This document shows positions 1-9,206 of a stretch of DNA of 64,000 nucleotides, piece after piece. Both the position numbers and the translations under genes were made by a program. How positions within the stretch are numbered: position 1 is the first letter of the stretch; every line of letters starts with the position of its first letter. The DNA comes from Chloroflexota bacterium (lineage in GTDB: Bacteria; Chloroflexota; UBA11872; VXOZ01). The stretch covers positions 1,824,001 through 1,888,000 of the forward strand of contig OZ244922.1 of the NCBI GenBank assembly GCA_965221905.1, in the 5' to 3' direction. The notes beneath the pieces are model-generated. The model searched no databases. It was not told the DNA's origin and worked only from the letters and a program-made list of their open reading frames with translations.

Positions 1-746
1 AGCCGGGGGAATATGAGGAGCAGTGCGGTGCCATAGACTGCGGTCATGATGAGTCCGATGATACTTGGAACAAAAGAGCCTATTGAGAAACCGGTTTCGA
101 TTTCCGCCTCCGCCGCCATTTCATGGTTCACGTCTCCACCGATATCTGCGCCGCCGGCAATCTCAGCCATCTTATCTGAGCGGTACGTGAGATCGCCGCC
201 GATGCTCGCGTCTTCGGTAATGGTTAGGTCATCTACGCCAACATCGACATTTGAACCAACGCTGCCGTTGAGCGTTACCGTCTGCGCATTTCCGGCTATG
301 CGGCGTTGTACCGTACCATCAAGCGTCAACGACGATACCGTGGCGATCAAGTCTCGGCCGATCGTTGCGCCACCGTGTATACCTGTAGAGTTGCCGAGCA
401 GCAAGAGGTCTTCACCAATCGATCCAGATAGCGTCACACTGTTGGCAGTTATGCGCGCGCCGCGGGTAACGGTACCGTTCACTATCACCTCTTGGCCCAA
501 GAGAAACACGTTTCCGTTCACGACCCCGTTGACAGTCAATAAGTTGCCGGCAGCAAAGAGATCACCGTTGACGATGCCGTTAACGGTGATGGTGGTGCCA
601 AACAGATACAGGTCGTCATTGATGACCTCGTCTTCACCAATGCTAATCGACGTATCCGTGCGAAAATCAGCCGCGAAGGCGGCCGGTGCGCCGATGAGTG
701 CAACGATGAATGCGATCAAGAGCGCGAGGCTAAGGCGTCGTTTCAT
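1..746 (-). CDS. Exported/membrane protein with polymer-forming cytoskeletal (bactofilin-like) beta-helix repeats; 3' end runs off the window
   Basis: Read manually; absent from the ORF track. ATG at 746 after GGAG: MKRRLSLALLIAFIVALIGAPAAFAADF (signal peptide), then repeats such as DLYLFGTTITVNGIVNGDLFAAGNLLTVNGVVNGNVFLLGQEVIVNGTV, then a hydrophobic segment near position 1. Confidence 0.8.
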   Translation of the reverse strand, partial: MKRRLSLALLIAFIVALIGAPAAFAADFRTDTSISIGEDEVINDDLYLFGTTITVNGIVNGDLFAAGNLLTVNGVVNGNVFLLGQEVIVNGTVTRGARITANSVTLSGSIGEDLLLLGNSTGIHGGATIGRDLIATVSSLTLDGTVQRRIAGNAQTVTLNGSVGSNVDVGVDDLTITEDASIGGDLTYRSDKMAEIAGGADIGGDVNHEMAAEAEIETGFSIGSFVPSIIGLIMTAVYGTALLLIFPR

Positions 747-798
747 CTCACATTTTCTCCTTCTGGACAAGGGCGAAGTTACTCTTCATACTTTCTTT

Positions 799-1518
799 TC
801 AGGGTACCTTATTCGCACTGTGCACTGCTACTGTACCGAGCCCGAGGTAGCGGTACGACACCTCTGCAAATCCTGATTCCCGCATGGCTTGGGCCAGGGT
901 TGGCGCGTTCGGGAATGCTTGCAGGGACGTGGGCAAATAGGTGTATGCCTCTTGGTGACTCACCAGCAGTTTTCCTAGGGCTGGTACAACGTTGTTGAAG
1001 TAAAGTTGAAAGGCGCTCCGAAACCCCGGAATGGGCGGGTGCGTGATCTCCAGCGTGATGAAGCGTCCGCCCGGCCGCAGCACGCGGTGGCACTCGGTGA
1101 AGAATTCTCCGAGATCAACAAGATTACGGAGCAGGAACGCATTCGTTACAACGTCAACACTGGCGTCTTGCAGCGGCAGGGAGAGAACATTTGCTTGCAG
1201 GAACTCCACCGGGAAGCGTTGCTCCGGCAGGCGCGCATGCTTCTCTTGCGCGAGGCTGAGCATCGGAGGAGAGAAATCGGCGCCGAGGATCATGCAGGGC
1301 GCCATGGCTTCCTGCATCACCGCAAAACCCAGGTCACCGGTCCCGCAAGCGAGATCCAGGATGACGCGGGGATCATCGCCCACGATCTGACGCGCTACCG
1401 AGCGCCGCCATAGGTGGTGGGCGCCTGCCGTCATGACTGTGTTCATTAAGTCATACGTCGGCGCGATGGCATCGAACATGCGCCGGACATACGTCGGTTT
1501 CTCTTGTTGTGAGACCAT
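799..1518 (-). CDS. menG: Demethylmenaquinone methyltransferase (UbiE/MenG family)
   Basis: FDAIAPTYDLMN, SAM motif DLACGTGD, RVLRPGG, YTYLPTS; start refined to ATG 1518 (MVSQQEK). Confidence 0.9.
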   Translation of the reverse strand: MVSQQEKPTYVRRMFDAIAPTYDLMNTVMTAGAHHLWRRSVARQIVGDDPRVILDLACGTGDLGFAVMQEAMAPCMILGADFSPPMLSLAQEKHARLPEQRFPVEFLQANVLSLPLQDASVDVVTNAFLLRNLVDLGEFFTECHRVLRPGGRFITLEITHPPIPGFRSAFQLYFNNVVPALGKLLVSHQEAYTYLPTSLQAFPNAPTLAQAMRESGFAEVSYRYLGLGTVAVHSANKVP

Positions 1519-1586
1519 CGCACCGTGATTCAGAATAGTGCGGAGATGAGGCCGCACCGGAGAGACGCCCAAACCGGCTCTAGCGG

Positions 1587-3056
1587 TTACTCCGCGCGCA
1601 ACGTGGCGACGACGTTTTCATCCAACGGATATATTGGCCGCACGCAGTGTTCGTACGGCAGTGACTCGAGATTGAGGCTCGCGGAGCCCGGCGTGTCCAG
1701 GTGGACGATGCGGGATGCAATCGACTCATACCACGTGCGGAATCCGTTAGGGGACTTCGCGACAACCAGAGAGAAGTCTTGCGGTTCAAGACCGAATGCT
1801 TGAAAGACTCTGCGGCCTACAAAGAGAACGTAACGCTCAGTGGTGAGCAGCACGATATTCCCGATGGTAAGCACAGCCGTGCGCCCTGCCTGCTCCACGA
1901 CTCCGTTCTCGTAGGCAAACGCGCCGTCATGCAAGCTCTTTACATAAACTGTAGTCGTGAACGGCGTGTGGCGGGTGGGGTCCATGGTGCCGCCCAGCGG
2001 AATAGTGATCTTACTCCCCACACCGGCTGCAAACGCGGCCGCCACTGCCGGCACGTCAACGAGCGGTATCAACGCGCGGCCACTATACTCCTGTGCCAGC
2101 AGTTCCTTGAGCACGGCATTGCTATCGCCCGGTGCTCCGGAAGATGTGGCATCGGCAGCATCGGAAAAGACCGTAAGGCCGGGTGTCTTTTGTGCCGTGG
2201 CAACCGCTTCCGGGAGTGCAGTCAGTTCTGCCATCCACAAGTCCCGATTCTCCCACATGAACTCCGCAATTCGTTCAGCTTCTGCTTTGGCCCGCGCTTC
2301 ATCACCGTCCGTCGTCACAATGACGTAAGACTGTAGACCGGGCACGTCGGTAAACGGATTAGAGAGATAGATGTTTGCGACCAGTCCACCCGGAGAGTCT
2401 TCGAGAGCTTGGCACATGCGAATGGCATCGCCAAAGCGTCCGGTGGCCGTGAGTAGCTCATCGCCCCGGGCCATCAACGGAATGGCAACTCGGGCCGTAA
2501 TCGGCTTTGCGCCGTCATTCAGAATACGCAACAGGTTTCGGGCCGCCCGTGCTCCCGTCTCATAGAAGTCCGTATGCGGATAGGTGTGGTAGCCGACCAG
2601 CATGTCTGCTCCCTGGAGCATGCGGTCAGTGATCACGGCGTGGAGATCAAGCGAAGCGACGATAGGAACACGCCCCATGCATGCACGGAGCGCCTCGAGC
2701 AGCTTGCCCTCCGGGTCGAATTCAGTCGGGCTGGCCATAGCGCCATGGAGGACGAGGAGTACGCCGTCCACATCCTGATTCTCTTCCGCTTCAGCCAGGA
2801 TGTCTTGTATCAACCGGTCGAGAACGGCATCAACTACCGGCCCGTGCGGTACGGCCCAGGCTGCCACTGTCGGTACAATTTCAACGTCACCGTGTTCGGC
2901 AAAGACGTCCAGCGCGCCCGCTATCTCAGTATTCGTGCCCTGAAGCTCAGCCAGAATGGCAGCGCCCCGCACGACAAGAAAGTCCTCATACTGAGTCCGA
3001 TGCGGGTTGAAGGTTGACGTCTCTTGCTGCAATTCTGCGATAAGGACACGCGTCAT
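1587..3056 (-). CDS. M81 family metallopeptidase (MlrC-like)
   Basis: QETSTFNP, LHGAM, DLHA, YHTYPHTD, DAADATSSGAPGD and VAKSPNGF motifs typical of MlrC/M81. Confidence 0.85.
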   Translation of the reverse strand: MTRVLIAELQQETSTFNPHRTQYEDFLVVRGAAILAELQGTNTEIAGALDVFAEHGDVEIVPTVAAWAVPHGPVVDAVLDRLIQDILAEAEENQDVDGVLLVLHGAMASPTEFDPEGKLLEALRACMGRVPIVASLDLHAVITDRMLQGADMLVGYHTYPHTDFYETGARAARNLLRILNDGAKPITARVAIPLMARGDELLTATGRFGDAIRMCQALEDSPGGLVANIYLSNPFTDVPGLQSYVIVTTDGDEARAKAEAERIAEFMWENRDLWMAELTALPEAVATAQKTPGLTVFSDAADATSSGAPGDSNAVLKELLAQEYSGRALIPLVDVPAVAAAFAAGVGSKITIPLGGTMDPTRHTPFTTTVYVKSLHDGAFAYENGVVEQAGRTAVLTIGNIVLLTTERYVLFVGRRVFQAFGLEPQDFSLVVAKSPNGFRTWYESIASRIVHLDTPGSASLNLESLPYEHCVRPIYPLDENVVATLRAE

Positions 3057-3091
3057 GGGAACCCCCTTCGCCTCGCGCGATTGATTTTAGG

Positions 3092-4117
3092 TTACTGTCG
3101 TCGCTCTATGACGTAGTCGATGAGCATATTGAGGGAATCGCGGCTGTCGCCGGAAGGAACAGCGTTCAAAGCCGAGCGCGCCCGCTCGCCGAACTGCCAT
3201 GCCATGTCATAGGCGATCTCGATCGCTCCGGAATCGCGAATTGCCTCCACCGCTTCCCAAACGGCGCTCTCGTTGTCCACTTCCTGATTGAGCAACCCGG
3301 TTACGGCGGCATGTGCCGGCTCTTGCCGCAAGAAAATGATGATGGGCAGCGTAATGGTCCCTTCACGCAAGTCCCCACCGACGGGCTTGCCCAGCTCCTC
3401 TTCCGAGCCCGTAATGTCAAGGATGTCGTCCGCAATCTGAAAGGCCGTACCTAGATTCTCGCCATATCTGCGCAGGGCTTGTCGTTCTTCCTCCGATGCG
3501 CCGCCAACCAGTCCGCCCGCCTCGCAACACAGCTCGAGAAGAGACGCGGTCTTTCCCTGAACTTTCCGAAAATACTCGTCTTCCAAGACATCCGTCTGCT
3601 CGATGCTTGAGAACTGTGTCGTCTCGCTCGCAACCATACGCATGACGGTACGAGCCAACATGCGGACAAGCGCCGGATCGCCCATTTGTGCGACGATATA
3701 GGAGCACTTGGCGAAGAGGTAGTCACCGGAGAGCACGGCAAGGGTGTTGGACCACATCGAATTAGCCGTGGGTAAGCCGCGACGCACGTAGGCGTGGTCT
3801 ATCACGTCGTCATGGATAAGCGTTGCGGCATGGAGGATCTCAATCGCTGCGGCGACCTTCACTGCGCGTGCGTCTGCCGGCGTCTGCACCGATGCGCAGA
3901 GCAAGGTGATTAGCGGACGCAGCTTCTTGCCGCCGGCCGCCAGTATGTGGCGCACCAATTGAGAGAGAGCAGGACTTGGCGATTCTTCCCATACGGCAGC
4001 GAGGAAGACGTCTACCCGCTCGAGCCCTTCCGCCACAGGCGACGCTATTTGGGCGATTGGCGCCCGCGTTTCAATCGGGTGCGCCGGGGGCGGGGATTCT
4101 GAAAGTCGTCTGGGCAT
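3092..4117 (-). CDS. Polyprenyl diphosphate synthase (hepta/octaprenyl type); start uncertain
   Basis: GGKKLRP, first Asp-rich motif LIHDDVID..RRG, KT, FQIADDILD..GKPVGGDL. Confidence 0.9.
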   Translation of the reverse strand: MPRRLSESPPPAHPIETRAPIAQIASPVAEGLERVDVFLAAVWEESPSPALSQLVRHILAAGGKKLRPLITLLCASVQTPADARAVKVAAAIEILHAATLIHDDVIDHAYVRRGLPTANSMWSNTLAVLSGDYLFAKCSYIVAQMGDPALVRMLARTVMRMVASETTQFSSIEQTDVLEDEYFRKVQGKTASLLELCCEAGGLVGGASEEERQALRRYGENLGTAFQIADDILDITGSEEELGKPVGGDLREGTITLPIIIFLRQEPAHAAVTGLLNQEVDNESAVWEAVEAIRDSGAIEIAYDMAWQFGERARSALNAVPSGDSRDSLNMLIDYVIERRQ

Positions 4118-4850
4118 TGGTGTCCGTGATCTCTTCTAGCTCTTCTGGTGCTACGCCGCGCCTCTCAGCGATAGAATCCAGAGTATACCGAATGTATGCA
4201 GGCTCGTTGCGCTTGCCGCGGTGCGGAACAGGCGCGAGATACGGGCAATCCGTCTCAATCAAGAGCCTATCAGATGGTACCATCTTTGCAACGTCATGTA
4301 ACTTTTCCGCCGACCGGAACGTTACCGGCCCCGCAAGCGAAATCATGCACCCGAGATCGATGAATGCTGTCGCCTGAGCGCTATCGCCGGAGAAGCAATG
4401 CATAATGACTTTGGTTGGTTGGCGGGCATGTGAGAGCACCTGGTAGACGTCAGGGTAGGCATCGCGCATGTGGACGACTACGGGTAGCTGGGACTCTGCC
4501 GCGATAGCAAGCTGCTTGGAAAAGGCATTCTGCTGAGCGGGCCTGGAGGCGTAGTTGCGATAGTAGTCGAGGCCGGTCTCACCAACGGCCACCACCTTAG
4601 GCGCGCGCGCTAGCGCTTTCAATTGACGCCAGGTGGCGGAAGTACACGATTCGGTCTCGTGCGGATGCACGCCGACCGTCGCCCAACAGTTGGGATACCG
4701 AGCGGCAATGTCTACGGCTGCCTGACTTGAGGGTAAGTCCACGCCTACCACCACAATAGCCGTCACATTTATTGCCGCAGCGCACTCGATCACCGCTGGC
4801 AAGTCTGCGGCAAAGCGAGGTGAGTTGAGGTGGGCGTGAGTATCCGTCAT
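4071..4850 (-). CDS. tatD: TatD family hydrolase
   Basis: DTHAH, GVHPH, GETGLDY, HCFSG, ETDCPYLAP. Confidence 0.93.
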   Translation of the reverse strand: MTDTHAHLNSPRFAADLPAVIECAAAINVTAIVVVGVDLPSSQAAVDIAARYPNCWATVGVHPHETESCTSATWRQLKALARAPKVVAVGETGLDYYRNYASRPAQQNAFSKQLAIAAESQLPVVVHMRDAYPDVYQVLSHARQPTKVIMHCFSGDSAQATAFIDLGCMISLAGPVTFRSAEKLHDVAKMVPSDRLLIETDCPYLAPVPHRGKRNEPAYIRYTLDSIAERRGVAPEELEEITDTNAQTTFRIPAPGAPD

Positions 4851-4883
4851 GCGCGTACTCGTTAGGTCCGGCTACGCTCTCAC

Positions 4884-6419
4884 TTAGGCCTCCGGCACTT
4901 CCAGGCGGGGAAAGAGCGGCTTACCGGTAGTAATCGTCCGCTCCGGCGTGAGAAGCCCCCATTTAAGGCAGGGCTCCCAAGCGCCGTTAACCAGGGGTGG
5001 CTCGCCTACTCGTTCCAGCACGACGTCCGCAGTTTGCGGTATATAGGGACCGAGCAAAACAGCCAGGATGCGCACCGCTTCGGTAACGTTGTAGAGTACT
5101 GTTCCCAGGCGCTCGCGCCGATCGGGTACTTTGGCGAGTTCCCAGGGGGCGTTCTCCTCAATGTACCGATTCGCCCGTGTAACGAGCGTCCAAATACTGT
5201 CCAGTGCCGCGTCGAGGTCCCATGACTCAAGCCCGCGCTCAGCGCCCGCGCCCGCACTCTGCGCTACTTCACGCAAAGAAGCATCGAGCGCCGTTTCGGC
5301 CCCAGGGGCAGGCAATACGCCGTCAAAGTACCGTGAAACCATGGATGTCGTGCGTTGGACGAGATTGCCCAGGTCGTTGGCCAAATCGGCATTGTAACGG
5401 TTATAGAAGCTCTCCCATGAAAAAACGCCGTCTTGGTCGAAGGGGATTTCACGCACCAGGTAGTAGCGCACGGCATCGGCGCCGAACTCGTCTACCATCT
5501 CAAAGGGGTCTACGCCCGTACCGCGTGTCTTGCTCATCTTCTCGCCGCGGAACATGATCCAGCCGTGGGCCCAGACGGTCTTCGGCAGGGGCACTCCGGC
5601 TGACATCAGCATTGCCGGCCAGTACACGCAATGAAAACGGATAATGTCCTTACCAACCACGTGCGCATCCGCCGGCCAGTAGCGCTCGAACAAGCTATCG
5701 TCTTGTCCAAAGCCAACGCCGGTGATGTAGTTGGCAAGCGCATCGAACCAGACGTAGATTACCTGTTCCTCGTCGAAGGAAACAGGAATGCCCCAGGTCT
5801 TGTTGGCGCGCGAGATGCTAAAGTCCCGCAATTCGCCGCGCACCATATTGACAACTTCATTCCGCCGGAAGTCAGGCAAGACGGACTCGGGGTGCTCCTC
5901 GTATAACGCCAGCAGCCGGTCTTGGTACTTGGAAAGGGCAAAGAAGTAGTTGTCTTCCTCCGTCCACTCCGGTTCGGCATCGTGGACGGGGCATTTGCCG
6001 TCTACAAGGTCATCGTCACTATAGAAGGCCTCGCAGGGGAGGCAGTACCACCCGGCATAGGTTCCTTTATAGATGTCACCGGCGTCATAACACTTCTGCA
6101 ACAAGAGCCGTGCTGCGTGCTTGTGGCGCTCCTCAGTGGTGCGGATGAAGCAGTCGTGCGAGATATTGAGCTTCTCCCACAGCTCCCTGAAGAACTCAGC
6201 CATTTCGTCGCAGTAGGCTTGGGGGTCTTTGCCTTGGCTGCGCGCCTGGCGCTCGACGTTCAAGCTGTTCTCGTCAAGACCCGTCAGGAAGAAGGTGTCG
6301 TACCCCTTCAAGCGACGATAGCGCGCCTGCACGTCACAGCCGATAGTACAAAAGGCCGTGCCGATGTGGGGCTTGGCGTTGGGGTAGTAAATGGGTGTTG
6401 TGAGATAGTACGTACTCAT
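4884..6419 (-). CDS. metG: Methionine--tRNA ligase (short form)
   Basis: TTPIYYPN..PHIG, Zn knuckle CxxC..CPVH, YVWFDAL, GKDI, KMSKT. Confidence 0.96.
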   Translation of the reverse strand: MSTYYLTTPIYYPNAKPHIGTAFCTIGCDVQARYRRLKGYDTFFLTGLDENSLNVERQARSQGKDPQAYCDEMAEFFRELWEKLNISHDCFIRTTEERHKHAARLLLQKCYDAGDIYKGTYAGWYCLPCEAFYSDDDLVDGKCPVHDAEPEWTEEDNYFFALSKYQDRLLALYEEHPESVLPDFRRNEVVNMVRGELRDFSISRANKTWGIPVSFDEEQVIYVWFDALANYITGVGFGQDDSLFERYWPADAHVVGKDIIRFHCVYWPAMLMSAGVPLPKTVWAHGWIMFRGEKMSKTRGTGVDPFEMVDEFGADAVRYYLVREIPFDQDGVFSWESFYNRYNADLANDLGNLVQRTTSMVSRYFDGVLPAPGAETALDASLREVAQSAGAGAERGLESWDLDAALDSIWTLVTRANRYIEENAPWELAKVPDRRERLGTVLYNVTEAVRILAVLLGPYIPQTADVVLERVGEPPLVNGAWEPCLKWGLLTPERTITTGKPLFPRLEVPEA

Positions 6420-6459
6420 GAATCCAAGACTAGAAAGCGCAAGAAGTGCTGAGAAATTC

Positions 6460-6490
6460 GGTATGATGGTGAGACTGAAACCATCATACC
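6460..6490. promoter_or_regulatory. Perfect 11-bp inverted repeat carrying TATGAT (-10-like) on both strands, between divergent metG and higA
   Basis: GGTATGATGGT-N9-ACCATCATACC. Confidence 0.45.
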
Positions 6491-6632
6491 ATGCAGCTAA
6501 TTAAGACCCAACTTGCTTTGTGCCTGGCGTTAGCTAGATGCTTGCGGGCTCGAAGGCGGCATTAGTGTAAGAGGCAAAGTGTGGGACAATAGCCCCAACG
6601 TACCAGTCAGACTGCTTGATGAGGAAATTGGC

Positions 6633-6965
6633 GTGCGCGTTTGCAATGGCATGAAGCCGATACACCCGGGAAAAGTGTTAGGCGAAGAACTCCAAGAACT
6701 TGGCTTGTCGGCTAACGGCTTGGCCAAGGCACTTGGAGTCCCGACCAATCGCATCACGGCCATTCTAAACGGTCAGCGTGGCATCACTGCCGATACGGCG
6801 CTCCGCCTTTCACGATATTTTGGCACTTCGCCACAACTTTGGCTGAGTCTCCAGCAGGCATTCGAGTTGCGGAAAGTGGAGGTTAATTCGGGGGATGACA
6901 TCGCCGATCGAGTAGAACCACGAGCGATAGCACAGGTTGCCGGAACTGAGCCAAATGACGGCTAG
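6633..6965 (+). CDS. higA: HigA family addiction-module antidote (XRE HTH)
   Basis: PIHPG..L, LAKALGVPTNRITAILNGQRGITADTALRLSRYFGTSPQLWL; GAGG precedes GTG 6633 (alternative start ATG 6651). Confidence 0.9.
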   Translation: MRVCNGMKPIHPGKVLGEELQELGLSANGLAKALGVPTNRITAILNGQRGITADTALRLSRYFGTSPQLWLSLQQAFELRKVEVNSGDDIADRVEPRAIAQVAGTEPNDG

Positions 6966-7228
6966 ACAACGCCGCTGGAATTGGTGCGGAGTGGCCCAAA
7001 TCTGAATCGTCTTGTCCTGCCCAGTGAGGTGAATGAGGTCGCGCAGCACGGAGACACCAGTAGAGTCTGGCACCGACGAGTCTCATGTCTGGCAAAGTCG
7101 GTGCCGTGGCCGGATTATGCTCATGCCAGGTGTGGCGAGACCTGTGTTACACTTCCCAACATATTATCCCCTCGTCTATGAGTACAACTGGACATAACAC
7201 CAATATTAACGAACGGGAGGTACATGCC

Positions 7229-8902
7229 GTGTCGAAAGCTCAGACTTTAGTTGACGTTAAAGTACCGATGCGGGACGGCGTGGCCTTGTCGGCCGATATC
7301 TTCTTGCCTCCCCAGGCGGCGCCCGCTCCCACCGTTCTCGTGCGCACGCCGTATGGCAACAACACCGATTTATTGATAGAGAAGGGGCGTAAACTGGCGA
7401 GCCGGGGCTATGCCGCCGTCATTCAGGACGTGCGCGGCCGCTGGGACTCAGACGGCTCCTACTATCCGGTAAAGAATGAAGCCGATGACGGGTACGATAC
7501 GGTTGAGTGGGTTGCCGAGCAGCCGTGGAGCACCGGCAAGATCGGCATGGCGGGCGGGTCCTATCTGGGCATTACGCAGTGGACGGCCGCATGGCGGGGA
7601 ACCCCGCACTTGACCAGTATCGTGCCGCGCGTAGCTCCATGCGACTTCTTCGATTCGCCCGGCTATACCCAAGGCGCACTCCAAATCGGCGTGCTTGCCA
7701 CCTGGGGCTCGCGCACGCACGGCCGTACTGCCCAGAACATCGAGTATGAAGACTGGGGCCGCGTGTTTCGTACATTACCGGTGGATAAGATTCCCGACGC
7801 AATCGGGCGCGACCTGGACTTCTGGAAGGACTGGGTACGCCATCCCCACTACGATGAGTACTGGGAGCAATTCAGCAACAGCGGGAAGTGGCAGGATATG
7901 AACGCGCCGGCCTACAACATGGGCGGATGGTTCGATCTCTATTCCAAGGCCACGTTCGACAATTGGAATGAGCTGCGGCTGCATGGGGGCTCGCCGGAGG
8001 CGCGGCAGAGCCAACTTATCATGGGCCCCTGGCCGCATGCTCTTTCCCTGTCGCGGGTTACGGGCGAAGTGGACTTTGGCGCGGATTCGGTGGTTGATTT
8101 GGATGCCGAAGAGCTGCGCTGGTTCGATTACTGGCTGAAGGGAGAGCAGAACGGCATCCTGGATGAACCGCCCCTGCGACTCTTCATCATGGGACGCAAC
8201 GAGTGGCGGAGTGAACATGAGTGGCCCCTGGCGCGAACTGACTGGCAGCCGTGGTTCTTCCACTCCCGGGGCGCGGCGAATACGCTGAACGGCGACGGTG
8301 GGCTCTCTATCGAATCGCCGACGGATGAACCGACCGACAATTATGCATACGACCCAATGGCGCCGGTGCCGACGTTGGGCGGGAACAATTGCTGTTCGCC
8401 GCACATCGTACCGTGGGGGCCATACGATCAGCAGAATATCGAGATGCGCCAGGATGTCTTGTGCTATACGAGCGAACCGCTGCAGAGCGAACTTGAGGTA
8501 ACGGGCCCGATCAAGGTAGTACTTTACGCTGCGACCGACCAGCAGGACACCGACTGGACGGCGAAGTTAGTAGACGTGCATCCGGATGGGCGTGCCTTCA
8601 GCCTCTGCGACGGCATAGTGCGCGCGCGGTTCCGTGAAGGGCGAGAAACCTCGTCACTCATTCAGCCTGGAAGTATCTACGAATACGAGATCGATCTCTG
8701 GGTAATTGGCAACGTCTTTAAGGCCGGACATTGCATTCGTGTGGAAGTCTCGTCCAGCAACTTCCCGCGCTTCGACCGCAACCTCAATACCGGCGCGGAG
8801 AACAATGGCTTGGAGGACCAATGGCAGATTGCCCGGCAAGCAGTCCATCACAGCCGAGCCTATCCTTCCCACATAATGTTGCCCGTCATCCCCTCTGCAT
8901 GA
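7229..8902 (+). CDS. CocE/NonD family serine hydrolase (peptidase S15-like)
   Basis: MRDGV.L, RTPY, QDVRGR, nucleophile GGSYLG, GWFD, GPWPH, SSSNFPRFDRN; start refined to GTG 7229 after GGGAGG. Confidence 0.9.
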   Translation: MSKAQTLVDVKVPMRDGVALSADIFLPPQAAPAPTVLVRTPYGNNTDLLIEKGRKLASRGYAAVIQDVRGRWDSDGSYYPVKNEADDGYDTVEWVAEQPWSTGKIGMAGGSYLGITQWTAAWRGTPHLTSIVPRVAPCDFFDSPGYTQGALQIGVLATWGSRTHGRTAQNIEYEDWGRVFRTLPVDKIPDAIGRDLDFWKDWVRHPHYDEYWEQFSNSGKWQDMNAPAYNMGGWFDLYSKATFDNWNELRLHGGSPEARQSQLIMGPWPHALSLSRVTGEVDFGADSVVDLDAEELRWFDYWLKGEQNGILDEPPLRLFIMGRNEWRSEHEWPLARTDWQPWFFHSRGAANTLNGDGGLSIESPTDEPTDNYAYDPMAPVPTLGGNNCCSPHIVPWGPYDQQNIEMRQDVLCYTSEPLQSELEVTGPIKVVLYAATDQQDTDWTAKLVDVHPDGRAFSLCDGIVRARFREGRETSSLIQPGSIYEYEIDLWVIGNVFKAGHCIRVEVSSSNFPRFDRNLNTGAENNGLEDQWQIARQAVHHSRAYPSHIMLPVIPSA

Positions 8903-9142
8903 GGCGAACAAACCGGCCCTAGGTTCGTTCAAGCATTCTGATCCAAGGCGCGCCGTAGTGTTACGGCGCGGCTACGTAACGCATCTCGTCCTTACGCTGA
9001 TCCCGTCGGCGAAGGTTGGGCATGCCAAGGGACACAGACAGAGCGGAAGGTTCCATGCTCGGGATTTAGAGGGTCTTGGGGAGTTTGCAGATTCACGGTT
9101 CCCACTGCAGGTAGGGATCAAAGACTGAAGACCCGCGCAAAT

Positions 9143-9177
9143 AAAAAGGGGCGGAGTGATGAACTCCGCCCCTTTTT
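9143..9177. terminator. Bidirectional intrinsic terminator between convergent cocE and ftsZ
   Basis: AAAAAGGGGCGGAGT-GATGA-ACTCCGCCCCTTTTT. Confidence 0.85.
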
Positions 9178-9206
9178 CTCTTTAACTTTGCAATGAGTTA
9201 GGCTGT

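Noticed and set aside
46-876. 276-aa plus-strand ORF
   Set aside because: Ser/Pro/Thr-rich antisense shadow of the minus-strand bactofilin-like gene.
8990-9130. Known riboswitch or 6S RNA
   Set aside because: No TPP, FMN, cobalamin, lysine or c-di-AMP consensus seen, and the site is 3' of both neighbours; kept only as an unassigned candidate.
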